DNA of 64,000 nt from Fusobacterium sp. JB019 (GTDB lineage: Bacteria; Fusobacteriota; Fusobacteriia; Fusobacteriales; Fusobacteriaceae), in NCBI GenBank assembly GCA_030673965.1, contig JAUTCN010000005.1, positions 53,344 to 117,343 on the forward strand, read 5' to 3'. Under the pieces are notes generated by a model, which was not told the origin of the DNA, made no database searches, and was given only the letters and a program-made list of their open reading frames with translations. Made by a program: the position numbers and the translations under genes. Shown here piece by piece: positions 9,262 through 19,110 of this stretch (within the stretch, counting starts at the first letter, position 1; each line of letters begins with the position of its first letter).

Positions 9262-10131
9262 ATGAAAGAAAAAAATAAGGATATTATAAAAAGATTATTA
9301 GAAGGAGCCTATGATCTTCATACTCATACAGAACCTTCTGCTTTTAATCGAGCTTTGGATGATTTTGATTTAGTTAAAGAAGCAAATGAATTTAAGATGG
9401 CAGGAGTTTTAATAAAGAGTCATTATGAACCTACTCAGTCAAGAGCAGCTTTAGTGAATTTAAAGAGTAACTTAAAAACAAAAGCTTACGGGGGAATAGT
9501 TTTAAATTGGCCAAATGGAGGATTAAATCCTTACGCAGTAGAAAATGCTTTGAAAACTGGAGCAGTTATAGTATGGATGCCCACAAGGGATTCTGAAAAT
9601 TGTTTAAAGTATGGGGATATGCCTGGAGATTTTTTTAAAAGACCAGGAATTTCAGTATTAGAAAAAAAAGGAAAATTAAAACAAGAAGTTTATGAGATAT
9701 TTAAAATAATGAAAAAATATAATGGATATTTAGCAACAGGACACTTAAGTGTCGAAGAATCTATTTTATTATGTGAAGAAGGAAGAAAATTAGGAGTTAA
9801 TATGATTCTTACTCATCCTGAATGGCAAAGAACGATGATTGATGGAGAAACTCAAAAATATTTATCTAGTTTAGGAGTTTTAATAGAAAAGAATTGGTTA
9901 AATATTGCAGAACAATCAGTAACAGCAAAGGAAATGGCAAATAATATTAGAAGTGCAGGATTTGAAAATGTATATCTTTCAACAGATAGAGGTCAAAATG
10001 GTTTTGAAACACCAGTTTATGGAATGATGAAATTTATAGAAGTTTTACTTGAAGAAGGATTTACAGAAGAAGAAATTAGAACAATGGTTCAAGAAGTTCC
10101 TAAATTAATTGTAAATAGAATATCAAAATAA
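9262..10131 (+). CDS. Metal-dependent amidohydrolase-fold protein (DUF6282-like)
   Basis: N-terminal DLHTH (HxH), KSH, ATGH, LTHP and STD.GQ metal-ligand pattern; start moved to ATG 9262 (AGGAGA SD). Confidence 0.75.
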   Translation: MKEKNKDIIKRLLEGAYDLHTHTEPSAFNRALDDFDLVKEANEFKMAGVLIKSHYEPTQSRAALVNLKSNLKTKAYGGIVLNWPNGGLNPYAVENALKTGAVIVWMPTRDSENCLKYGDMPGDFFKRPGISVLEKKGKLKQEVYEIFKIMKKYNGYLATGHLSVEESILLCEEGRKLGVNMILTHPEWQRTMIDGETQKYLSSLGVLIEKNWLNIAEQSVTAKEMANNIRSAGFENVYLSTDRGQNGFETPVYGMMKFIEVLLEEGFTEEEIRTMVQEVPKLIVNRISK

Positions 10132-10155
10132 AAAGTCGCTATTAAGCGACTTTTT
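10130..10155. terminator. Bidirectional terminator
   Basis: AAAAAGTCGCT-atta-AGCGACTTTTT between convergent genes. Confidence 0.8.
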
Positions 10156-11019
10156 TTATGCTTTAGATTCCCAAATGAATAAATCTAATTTATCTAAATC
10201 TTTTTCTAATTTTTCAATATTTTTAGTTGATTCAGGAATTGTTTGTTTAGCAAGTTCAGCAACTAATGTTTCAACAATTACCAAAGCTGGTAAATTTCCA
10301 AGAGGACTATGGACCGAATTTGTATCAATAACTATATCTGCAAATTTAGCGATTGGATTTAAAGTTGTATTTGTAACTAATATGATTGGTATTTTTCTTT
10401 TGTGACAAATTTCAGCTAATTTAACAGTTTTTTTAGTACATGGCCAAATAGAAAAAACAACTAAAGTTTCATTTTTTTCAATTCTTAGAGCTCGATCATA
10501 AAGATAACTGTCATCAGTACTGAGTTGTCTTACTTTAGGATAAAATCTATTGACAGAAGCTTCCATATATAAACTTACAGGTCTAGAAGATCTAAGTCCT
10601 AGCAGATTAATCCATTTAGAATTAATCATTAATTTTATAGAATTGTTTATTTCTTCAATATTCTTAGGGGTTATAAAATTTTCTATTGTGTGAATGGTTT
10701 CATAACAAGTGGTAGTTAGAGGATCAGATTCTTCTCCTTTAACAATATGTTTAAAATTTTCTTTTATACTTCCATAAGAAGACATGGTATTTTTTAGCGA
10801 ATATTCTAAAAAAGCATTTTTAAAATCATTATAAGATTCAAATTTAAGTAATTTCATAAATCTCATTACTGTTGTGGTAGCAACTCCTGCAGCTTCGGCA
10901 ACTTCAGATGCAGTCATCATTCCAATTTCTTTGTAATTTAGAACAATATAGTCACATAATAACTTTTGTTTTTTGGGTACGACATCTTTAATTTCCATAA
11001 TCTTTTCTATTATATCCAT
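10156..11019 (-). CDS. MurR/RpiR family transcriptional regulator
   Basis: N-terminal HTH (EVAEAAGVATTTVMRFMKLLKFESY..FK) plus SIS domain (GLRSS). Confidence 0.9.
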   Translation of the reverse strand: MDIIEKIMEIKDVVPKKQKLLCDYIVLNYKEIGMMTASEVAEAAGVATTTVMRFMKLLKFESYNDFKNAFLEYSLKNTMSSYGSIKENFKHIVKGEESDPLTTTCYETIHTIENFITPKNIEEINNSIKLMINSKWINLLGLRSSRPVSLYMEASVNRFYPKVRQLSTDDSYLYDRALRIEKNETLVVFSIWPCTKKTVKLAEICHKRKIPIILVTNTTLNPIAKFADIVIDTNSVHSPLGNLPALVIVETLVAELAKQTIPESTKNIEKLEKDLDKLDLFIWESKA

Positions 11020-11085
11020 GGTTATTTAAACATAAATTAATTATGTTATCCTCCTTTGTTATAAAATATTAAACTAATTAAAGCC

Positions 11086-11124
11086 ATTATAACATTGTAA
11101 TAATATTTTAGTCAAAAAAAGTTA
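11086..11124 (-). promoter_or_regulatory. Sigma70-type promoter of the rpiR-family gene
   Basis: TTGACT (11115-11110), 18-nt spacer, TGt-TATAAT (11091-11086). Confidence 0.6.
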
Positions 11125-11221
11125 AAATAAAATTATAAAAATAAATATTAGTTGATAACTTATAGCACGTATAGTATAATTTTTATTAGATGGTATAATT
11201 TTAGTATTACTAGGAGGAAAA

Positions 11222-11947
11222 ATGATAAATAAAAATTCTTCAGTTCCTTTGTATATACAGCTTGAAATCTTAATAAAAGATTATATAAAAACTAAAGAGA
11301 TAAATCAAGGAGAAATAATTCCCTCTGAGAATGAATTATCTAAAAAATATAAAATAAGTAGGATGACCGTAAAAAAAGCATTAGATAATTTAGAAATAAA
11401 GGGAATTGTAGAAAGAAAAAAAGGAATAGGAACGTTTGTAAAATTTGAAGAAAAAAAGATAGAACTACCATTAAATAAAATAAATGGATTTAGTGAGAAA
11501 GTTATATCTATGGGATTAACTCCTGAAAATGAAGTTTTAAAATTTGAAGAAAAACATCCAGAGTATAAAATTTCAAAGGCGTTAGATATTCAAGGTAAAG
11601 AAAAGGTTTGGTATATGGAACGACTTAGAAAAGTTGAAGGGGTAGCAGCAGTTTTTGAAAAAAGTTATATAAGAAAAAAAATATTGCCAAATTTAAAAAA
11701 GAAAGATTTATATAAATCTAAATTTAATTACATAGAATTAAAAGGTTTGGAAATAGAAAAAAGTGAAAGGGAAATAATTGCAAAAATTCCTGAAGATGAT
11801 ATTGCAAATATTTTAGAGCTAAAAAGGAACGAACCAGTATTAGTAGCTGAATCTGTAACATATTTAAAAAATGGAGAAATTTTAGAATATTCTGAAATTT
11901 TTTACAATCAAAGAAAGTATAAATTTAAGTTGATAGCAAGAACATAG
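11222..11947 (+). CDS. GntR family (HutC/UTRA subfamily) regulator
   Basis: PLYIQL...IPSENELSKKYKISRMTVKKAL...GIGTFV followed by a UTRA domain. Confidence 0.92.
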   Translation: MINKNSSVPLYIQLEILIKDYIKTKEINQGEIIPSENELSKKYKISRMTVKKALDNLEIKGIVERKKGIGTFVKFEEKKIELPLNKINGFSEKVISMGLTPENEVLKFEEKHPEYKISKALDIQGKEKVWYMERLRKVEGVAAVFEKSYIRKKILPNLKKKDLYKSKFNYIELKGLEIEKSEREIIAKIPEDDIANILELKRNEPVLVAESVTYLKNGEILEYSEIFYNQRKYKFKLIART

Positions 11948-11949
11948 AG

Positions 11950-11979
11950 ACCTCTTAGAGAACACTAAGAGGTTTTTTT
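11950..11979 (+). terminator. Terminator after gntR
   Basis: ACCTCTTAG-agaaca-CTAAGAGGT plus T tract. Confidence 0.75.
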
Positions 11980-12002
11980 ATACTCTAAAATCAAAAAAAT
12001 AG

Positions 12003-12031
12003 TTGACAAAAAATAATAAATGTTATATCAT
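12003..12031 (+). promoter_or_regulatory. Sigma70 promoter of the PTS-GH4 operon
   Basis: TTGACA, 17 nt, TATCAT. Confidence 0.75.
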
Positions 12032-12053
12032 CCTTGTATAGACAACTATACAA
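12032..12053. promoter_or_regulatory. Putative GntR/HutC operator (dre-like)
   Basis: Palindrome TTGTATAG-acaa-CTATACAA immediately after the -10 box; contains GTATAGACAACT. Confidence 0.65.
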
Positions 12054-12074
12054 ATAATAAAAAAGAGGTGGGAC

Positions 12075-13673
12075 ATGAAGAAAAGAGTAGGGGACTTTTT
12101 ACAAAAACTAGGAAAATCTCTAATGATGCCAATATCGATAATAGCAGCAGCAGGAATTTTTCTAGGATTAGCAGCAGCTTTACAAAATCCACATATTGTT
12201 GGAAATTTTGCGAATATTAAAATGATACAAATTGTAATAGGATTTATAAGAAAAGTATCAGGAAGTTTATTTGGAAATCTTCCAATATTATTTGCAATAT
12301 CTGTAGCAATTGGGCTTGCTAAAGATGAAAAACCAACAGCAGCTTTTTCTGCAGTAATAGGTTTTATAGTTATGAATGTTGGAATTAATTATGCACTTAA
12401 AATATCAGGAATAACTCCTGGAACTGTTAATGTACAGGCACTTGTAAATTCTGGAATGGGAAAAGAAGCGGCAATTATGTATAATTCTCAATTCGGATAT
12501 GAATTAGGAATATTTACTTATAGAACAAATGTATTTGGAGCAATTATATCAGCAATTATAACAAGTAAATTACATAATAAATATTATACTGTAAAATTAC
12601 CAGATGCTTTAAATTTTTTCGGTGGGAAAAGATTTGTACCAATTATAACAGTAATAGTAATGTCAGTAGTAGGAGTTGTAATGGCAAATGTTTGGCCATT
12701 TATAGGAAAAGGAATAATAGGAGTTGGGACAATAATTCAAAAGACAGGAATAATAGGAACTTTTATATTTGGTTTTACAGAAAGAATATTGATACCAACA
12801 GGACTTCATCATATATTAAATCAAACAGTTAGATTTACTCCAATAGGAGGAGTTTATAATATGGGAGGACATCAATTTGTAGGAGCATTATCTATATTCA
12901 ATGGAGCATTAGCAAATCCAGGAATGATACCAGATGAAATTGTAAAAAATGCAACTAGATTTTTATGTCAAGGAAAGATACCTGTTATGATGTTTGGACT
13001 TCCAGCTGCTGCAATGGCAATGCTAAGTTGTGCTAAGGATGAAAGTTCTAGAAAAAGAGCTAAAGGGCTTTTAATAGCAGGAGCATTAGCAAGTTTTGCA
13101 ACAGGAATTACAGAACCATTAGAATTTGCGTTTATATTTATATCTCCAATATTATTTTTATTTCATGCAGTGTTATTTGGGTTATCATTTATGCTTATGA
13201 ATTTATTTGGAGTAATGATAGGAAATGTTCAGGGAGGAGTAATTGATTTTCTAGTATTTGGTGTTTTAAGAGGGATGGATACTAATTGGATTTATACTCT
13301 GCTTTTAGGATTAATATATATCCCTGTTTATTATTTTGGCTTTAAATTTATAATAAATAAATATGATTTAGCAACTCCAGGAAGAGAAGAAGAAACTTTA
13401 AAAGAAAAAGAAGAAGAAATAAATATAAATGTAACTAGTGAAATAGAAAGTGAAATAATAGTTGGACTAGGTGGAAAAGAAAATATAAAAAATGTAGATA
13501 ATTGTTTTACAAGACTTAGAGTTGATTTAGAAGATATTTCAAAAGTAGATGAAATATTACTTAAAAAAACAGGTGCAGCAGGAATTTTTAAAATGGAAAA
13601 TCATGTTCAAGTAATATATGGACCAAAAGTAGAAAAAATAGCTTTAGATGTAAAAAGACTATTAATAAAATAA
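12075..13673 (+). CDS. PTS EIICB, glucose/maltose family (MalX-like)
   Basis: QKLGKSLMMP, RILIPTGLHH, GITEPLEF, and EIIB cysteine motif NCFTRLRV. Confidence 0.9.
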   Translation: MKKRVGDFLQKLGKSLMMPISIIAAAGIFLGLAAALQNPHIVGNFANIKMIQIVIGFIRKVSGSLFGNLPILFAISVAIGLAKDEKPTAAFSAVIGFIVMNVGINYALKISGITPGTVNVQALVNSGMGKEAAIMYNSQFGYELGIFTYRTNVFGAIISAIITSKLHNKYYTVKLPDALNFFGGKRFVPIITVIVMSVVGVVMANVWPFIGKGIIGVGTIIQKTGIIGTFIFGFTERILIPTGLHHILNQTVRFTPIGGVYNMGGHQFVGALSIFNGALANPGMIPDEIVKNATRFLCQGKIPVMMFGLPAAAMAMLSCAKDESSRKRAKGLLIAGALASFATGITEPLEFAFIFISPILFLFHAVLFGLSFMLMNLFGVMIGNVQGGVIDFLVFGVLRGMDTNWIYTLLLGLIYIPVYYFGFKFIINKYDLATPGREEETLKEKEEEININVTSEIESEIIVGLGGKENIKNVDNCFTRLRVDLEDISKVDEILLKKTGAAGIFKMENHVQVIYGPKVEKIALDVKRLLIK

Positions 13674-13707
13674 TATAAAAATTAATAAATATTTAGGAGG
13701 CATTAAA

Positions 13708-15036
13708 ATGGATAATAAAAAATTTACAGTTGCTATAGCAGGTGGAGGAAGTACTTGGACACCAGGATTATTAAAATCTTTATGTAAAAGAAAGGATACA
13801 TTTCCATTAAAAAGAGTAGTATTATATGATAACAATGAAGACAGACAAAGAACTATTGGAGAATTTGCAAAAATTTTATTTAAAGAAGAGTATCAAGGGG
13901 TAGAGTTTGAATATACAACATCTCCTGAGGTTGCTTTTAAAGATGTCGATTTTGTATTCTGTCAAATTAGAACAGGTGGATATAAAATGAGGGAATTAGA
14001 TGAAAAAATTCCATTAAGTCTTGGAGCAATAGGTCAAGAAACTTGTGGGGCAGGTGGTTTTGCTTATGGAATGAGATCAATTAGAGACATGATAGAACTT
14101 GTAAATTTTATAAGAAAACAATCTCCAAATGCATGGATATTAAATTATACTAATCCAGCAGCAATTGTTGCAGTAGCTTTAGAAAAACAATTTCCTAATG
14201 ATAAAAAAATATTAAATATTTGTGATCAACCTATAAATTTATTAAGATCTTACGGAAGATTACTTGAGATGAATTCTAGAGAATTTGAACCTGTATATTT
14301 TGGATTAAATCATTTTGGATGGTTTACTCATTTATATGATAAAACAGGAAAAGATTTAATACCTAGAATAAAAGAAATAACTTTAGAAAGAGGGTTTATA
14401 CCAGCTGATGCTGAGCAAAGAGATCAGTCTTGGTTAGATACTTATGCAATGGTAAGAGATATGGTTGTTGATTTCCCAGATTATTTACCTAATACTTATT
14501 TACAATACTATTATTATCCAAATTATAAGTGTAATAAATTAGATCCGAAATACACTAGAGCTAATGAAGTTATGGATGGAAGAGAAAAGAGAGTTTTTGA
14601 AGAATGTAGAGAAATAATAGAAAGAGGATCTATGGGGGACACTAATGTTGTTCATAATGATGCTCATGCAGATATGATTGTAGAAATAGGAGAATCAATT
14701 GCATTTAATGAAAATAGAATATATATAGTAATAGTTAAAAATAATGGTTTAATTTCAAATGTAGATGATAATGCAATGGTTGAAGTTGCAGCTACATTAG
14801 GATTTAATGGTCCAAGACCATTTGGAGTTGGAAAAGTAGGAACATTCTATAAAGGATTAATCGAACAGCAAAACGCATATGAACAATTAACTTCTGAAGC
14901 TTGGTTTGAAGGATCTTATGGTAAAGCATTGCAAGCACTAACAATAAACAGAACTATTGTAGATGCAAAAAAAGCAAGAAAAATATTAGACGCATTAATA
15001 GAAGCAAATAAAGATTACTGGCCAAAACTAAAATAG
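13708..15036 (+). CDS. GH4 6-phospho-alpha-glucosidase (MalH/GlvA-like)
   Basis: IAGGGSTWTP, GQETCGAGG, NYTNP, ICDQP, GLNHFGW. Confidence 0.9.
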   Translation: MDNKKFTVAIAGGGSTWTPGLLKSLCKRKDTFPLKRVVLYDNNEDRQRTIGEFAKILFKEEYQGVEFEYTTSPEVAFKDVDFVFCQIRTGGYKMRELDEKIPLSLGAIGQETCGAGGFAYGMRSIRDMIELVNFIRKQSPNAWILNYTNPAAIVAVALEKQFPNDKKILNICDQPINLLRSYGRLLEMNSREFEPVYFGLNHFGWFTHLYDKTGKDLIPRIKEITLERGFIPADAEQRDQSWLDTYAMVRDMVVDFPDYLPNTYLQYYYYPNYKCNKLDPKYTRANEVMDGREKRVFEECREIIERGSMGDTNVVHNDAHADMIVEIGESIAFNENRIYIVIVKNNGLISNVDDNAMVEVAATLGFNGPRPFGVGKVGTFYKGLIEQQNAYEQLTSEAWFEGSYGKALQALTINRTIVDAKKARKILDALIEANKDYWPKLK

Positions 15037-15042
15037 AAAATA

Positions 15043-15074
15043 AAAAAACCTTCAATTTATTTTGAAGGTTTTTT
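15043..15074. terminator. Bidirectional terminator
   Basis: AAAAAACCTTCAA...TTGAAGGTTTTTT between convergent genes. Confidence 0.8.
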
Positions 15075-15077
15075 TAT

Positions 15078-18000
15078 TTAAATATTTTTATATTGAAGGA
15101 GTTCTTCAGGAATTTGATTTTCTAATTTTAAAAATATTTTATGATTAAATTTAAATTTATTTTTATCTTTGGTGGGATGAGTAATTACTGAAGATATTTC
15201 ATCAACATGAATTTTTCCTAAATTAAAGTAAGAGGTATTACTGTATCCTAGATGAGGAAATTTAGCACAAATTAATAAATCATATCCATTTTTAATTAAA
15301 TTTATTTTTTCTTTAGCTTTTTCTTCAGTTGAAGATTCTTGGGTCATATAAACTATTCTTTTGAAATTATCGATATAATTATCATGAAAAGTTTCTTTGG
15401 CACTTACATTTATAATGCAATAAAATCTTTTTTGGATGTGGTCAATTCTTTCTCCTATGGAATTCATGTAACAATCATTTGCATTGGAGTTAAAAAGAAA
15501 TTCTCCTTTGTTTACTAGTTCAAATGGTTTCATTTTGTAGTTTGGGCGATTTGATAATTCATTAAATAATTCGATATGTTCTAGAAAAAGTAAATAAGCA
15601 TTTCTTTTTTTTAATTCATAAATTATTTCATCAGTAAGGGAAAGAGTTTTATTATATTTAAAAATATCAACAAAATTATTTCCTTTTTTAAAATAATCAC
15701 TATTAATAGCAGTTTTTTTACCATTTGTTTTTTTAGGAATTAAAGTTTTTATAAGAGTTTCATTAGAAGTTTTATTTCCTTTTAAAAGAGAAACATATTC
15801 TTTTAAAATTTTTTGATTATAACCTCTAAATGTAAATTGAGTAATAAGACCAAAAAATTTTTCAAGAAATTTATCATTTTTAGAGATATTGTATTTTTTC
15901 ACATAATAATCTATAAAAGGCTCATAAAAATTTTTACAAAGCAATTGTAAAAGATTTAATTCTTTAAAGTTAGGGTTTTTATATAGTTCGACAAGTGAAG
16001 GAATAATTTTAAATCTAAATAATTCATTTCTAAATTTTTCTTTTAGCTTTGATTCCACTTTAAAATTATTCGAAATAGATTTAATAATATTTTCCATAGC
16101 TTTTTCTTCAATATGAACATTTATAAAAGGAGATACTGTTTGGAATTTTTTATTAGCCTCTTTAAAAAGAATTCTTTTATCAGCAGTTGTATTTCCAGTT
16201 AAAACTTCAGCAATAGAGTAATTATTGTTGGAATTTCCAATAATATCAAAGACAGTAACGTATTTATGTGGATCTTGTGTTTTTCGAAGTCCTCTTCCTA
16301 ATTGTTGTAAATATATAATAGATGATGTTGTATTTCTAAGCATGAATATAACATTTATTTCAGGGATATCAATTCCTTCATTAAATTGGTTAACTACACA
16401 TATTAAATTAAGGTTATTGTTATCATTTTTAAGATTTTGTATATGAACTTCTGTTTCTTCTCTTGAAGAATGTTCGCTTGTAATCGCGATACTTTTAATT
16501 TTTAAATTATTTAATTCAGTAGATAATTTTTTAGCTTCTGAGATATTAGAACAAAAAACAATTCCTTTTAATTTTTTACCAAAATGTCCTTTTTCATTTA
16601 ATTGAAATTTCATAAAATTAGCTAGCTCATAATAATTAAATTTTTCATTTGCATCTAGTAATTTATTTTGGAGATTTAATCCGTAATAAGTAAAAGGACA
16701 TACTAATTGATGATTCATTGCATCAAGCAATCTAATTTCATAAGGTATTGTATATTCGAAAATCTTAAATAAAAATTTAGGATCCTTTGTTCTTTCTGGT
16801 GTAGCTGTAATTCCAAGTGTAAATTTAGGAGTAAAGTATTTAATGAGAGAATGATAATGAGTTTTTTCTCCAATTTTATGAGCTTCATCATATATTATAT
16901 AGTCGAAATAATCATTAGGATATTTTTTATAAAGATGATTATATGCTGTTTTATCAGTTGTGAAAATAAATTGACTACTTTTTATTTCGTTTGTATTTGA
17001 AGAATTTAATTCAATTAATTTGTTATCAGGAAAAACTTTTTTATAGGTTTCATAAGCTGATGAAAGAATTAAACGGTTGTGAACTAAAAATAAAACTTTT
17101 TTAGATTTTGTCTGTTTCACATCAAATGCAGAAAGATAAGTTTTACCAGTACCAGTTGCTGCGATAATTAATCCTTTATTAGAATATTCACGATAGTTTT
17201 CTAATTCAGATAATGCTTTTCTTTGCATATAGTTAGGTATAATTTTGTTTTTTAAATAAAGCGTAGAAATTTGTTTGTCTAGTTTCTTTTTTTCATAAAA
17301 TATTTTAGAATATTCTTCTATAAATTCTTTTTTTATAAATTTTGAACAAGGATCATTCCAAAGATTATTAAAAATATTATGATGCTCTTCAATAAGCGAA
17401 CCATTATTTTCAGTATTTATTTCAACAATCATTTCATGAGCTAGTCCAAAAGCTCGAGCAGAAATATTAGAACTTCCCACAAGAATTCGACTTTGATTCT
17501 TTTTTTCGCCAAAAAAAGTTTTTAAATGAAAGCCTTTACTATCAGAAGTAGGAGAATAAATTTTAGTTTGAAGAGGTAATTCTAAAAGCTTTTTTAAAGA
17601 TAGGGGATCACTTACCATTCCTTCTGTGGTAACAAGAATTCTACTACTTTTATCAAATTTTTCTAATTCTTTATAAATAAGAGAAAGTCCTGACCATACA
17701 ATATAGCTAACAGCTATATCAATTCTTTTTGAGGAATACAATAAATCTAAAATTTTATCTTTTATATTTTTAGTTTCAGTATTTATTATAAAGCTTGGGT
17801 TGTAAATAAAAGAATCTATTGATTTGTTAAATAAGGATTTTTCAACAGCTTGTTTATTAATTAGACTTTCTACAATTGGGATATCAGCTTCTGCCCAATC
17901 TAAATTTTTTAATTCTTTTAATGGCAACCATTTATAATCTAAATGCTCTTTTAATTTTAGACTTATAGAATTAAGTTCACATAGATATGAGTGCATGGTT

Positions 18001-18236
18001 ATAGAAAAAGTATCGTAGTTATGATTTATAGTTTTAAATAAAGGTCCAATTTTAACATTTAAATTTAACTCTTCTAAAAGTTCCCTTTTTAATGCATTTT
18101 TTTGACTTTCTCCAGGTTTTATTTTTCCACCTGGAAATTCCCATTTTTTAGCTAAAGGTCCTGAAGCTTTTCTTTGGGCACAAAAATATTTGTTTTTGTA
18201 TTTTAATATTGCTGCAACAACTTCTATATTTTTCAT
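15078..18236 (-). CDS. NUDIX (MutT/NudG-like) - PLD nuclease - SF2 DEAH helicase - DUF3427/SRA-like fusion; candidate SauUSI-type modification-dependent restriction enzyme
   Basis: Nudix box GKIKPGE-x7-RELLEEL; PLD FHLK...GSSN; Walker A ATGTGKT; DEAH; TATPER; FNEGIDIP; QQLGRGLR. All in one 1052-aa frame. Confidence 0.85.
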   Translation of the reverse strand: MKNIEVVAAILKYKNKYFCAQRKASGPLAKKWEFPGGKIKPGESQKNALKRELLEELNLNVKIGPLFKTINHNYDTFSITMHSYLCELNSISLKLKEHLDYKWLPLKELKNLDWAEADIPIVESLINKQAVEKSLFNKSIDSFIYNPSFIINTETKNIKDKILDLLYSSKRIDIAVSYIVWSGLSLIYKELEKFDKSSRILVTTEGMVSDPLSLKKLLELPLQTKIYSPTSDSKGFHLKTFFGEKKNQSRILVGSSNISARAFGLAHEMIVEINTENNGSLIEEHHNIFNNLWNDPCSKFIKKEFIEEYSKIFYEKKKLDKQISTLYLKNKIIPNYMQRKALSELENYREYSNKGLIIAATGTGKTYLSAFDVKQTKSKKVLFLVHNRLILSSAYETYKKVFPDNKLIELNSSNTNEIKSSQFIFTTDKTAYNHLYKKYPNDYFDYIIYDEAHKIGEKTHYHSLIKYFTPKFTLGITATPERTKDPKFLFKIFEYTIPYEIRLLDAMNHQLVCPFTYYGLNLQNKLLDANEKFNYYELANFMKFQLNEKGHFGKKLKGIVFCSNISEAKKLSTELNNLKIKSIAITSEHSSREETEVHIQNLKNDNNNLNLICVVNQFNEGIDIPEINVIFMLRNTTSSIIYLQQLGRGLRKTQDPHKYVTVFDIIGNSNNNYSIAEVLTGNTTADKRILFKEANKKFQTVSPFINVHIEEKAMENIIKSISNNFKVESKLKEKFRNELFRFKIIPSLVELYKNPNFKELNLLQLLCKNFYEPFIDYYVKKYNISKNDKFLEKFFGLITQFTFRGYNQKILKEYVSLLKGNKTSNETLIKTLIPKKTNGKKTAINSDYFKKGNNFVDIFKYNKTLSLTDEIIYELKKRNAYLLFLEHIELFNELSNRPNYKMKPFELVNKGEFLFNSNANDCYMNSIGERIDHIQKRFYCIINVSAKETFHDNYIDNFKRIVYMTQESSTEEKAKEKINLIKNGYDLLICAKFPHLGYSNTSYFNLGKIHVDEISSVITHPTKDKNKFKFNHKIFLKLENQIPEELLQYKNI

Positions 18237-18343
18237 AGTATTCTCCTAAATTTAATACAAGGTTATTAAAAATTATAAATATATTATACAATATTTTTTT
18301 ATAAAATACTTTTATTATATTGTTATAATAAGCATTAAAAAAG

Positions 18344-18367
18344 GCTCCTTATAATTTTATAAGGAGC
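18344..18367 (-). terminator. Terminator after pcp
   Basis: GCTCCTTATAA-tt-TTATAAGGAGC flanked by A and T tracts. Confidence 0.7.
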
Positions 18368-18374
18368 ACTTTTT

Positions 18375-19016
18375 TTAAAATTCTTTTCCGCCTGTTATTT
18401 TTATATCTTGATCATTTTCAATAATTCCTCTAATGGCAGCTTCTAGTCCTTTAACTATTAGATTAAGATCCATAGAAGGAGTATTAGGTTTATCTAAAAC
18501 TTGTTTTGGAATATAAGGAACATGTATAAATCCTCCTTTTTTAGTTACAGAATATTTATCTATATTGTATAATAATCCATACATAAGATGGTTACATACA
18601 AAAGTTCCAGCAGAATTAGATATAGAAGCAGGAATATTTTCATTTTTTATATATTCTACAATAGCTTTAATAGGAAGAGAGGAGAAATAGGCATTATCTC
18701 CATATTCATATATTTTACTATCAATAGGTTGATTTCCTTTATTGTCTTTAATTCTCGCATCATTTAAATTAATAGCTATTCTTTCTACAGTGATATCAAA
18801 TCTTCCTCCTGCTTGTCCAATGCAAAGAACAATTTCAGGTTTATATTTTTCAATTCCATCTAAAAGGACTTTTATGGACTCGTTAAAAATTGTTGGAATT
18901 TGTAACTTAAAAATTTCAGCTTCATTGATTCTTGAAGGAAGTAATTTAACTCCTTCCCAAGCAGGATTAATAGATTCTTTTTCAAAAGGATCAAATCCAG
19001 TAACTAATATTTTCAT
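18375..19016 (-). CDS. pcp: Pyroglutamyl-peptidase I
   Basis: KILVTGFDPF, GQAGGR..ITVER.AIN, AGTFVCNH, GFIHVPY. Confidence 0.95.
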   Translation of the reverse strand: MKILVTGFDPFEKESINPAWEGVKLLPSRINEAEIFKLQIPTIFNESIKVLLDGIEKYKPEIVLCIGQAGGRFDITVERIAINLNDARIKDNKGNQPIDSKIYEYGDNAYFSSLPIKAIVEYIKNENIPASISNSAGTFVCNHLMYGLLYNIDKYSVTKKGGFIHVPYIPKQVLDKPNTPSMDLNLIVKGLEAAIRGIIENDQDIKITGGKEF

Positions 19017-19084
19017 AACTGCCTCCTTTAATAAAAAATAAATATAATCATCAATTTAATTATACCTTAAAAATTTAAATAAAC

Positions 19085-19110
19085 AAAAAGTCGCATAATT
19101 GCGACTTTTT
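19085..19110 (-). terminator. Terminator after the regulator gene
   Basis: AAAAAGTCGCA-taat-TGCGACTTTTT. Confidence 0.75.
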
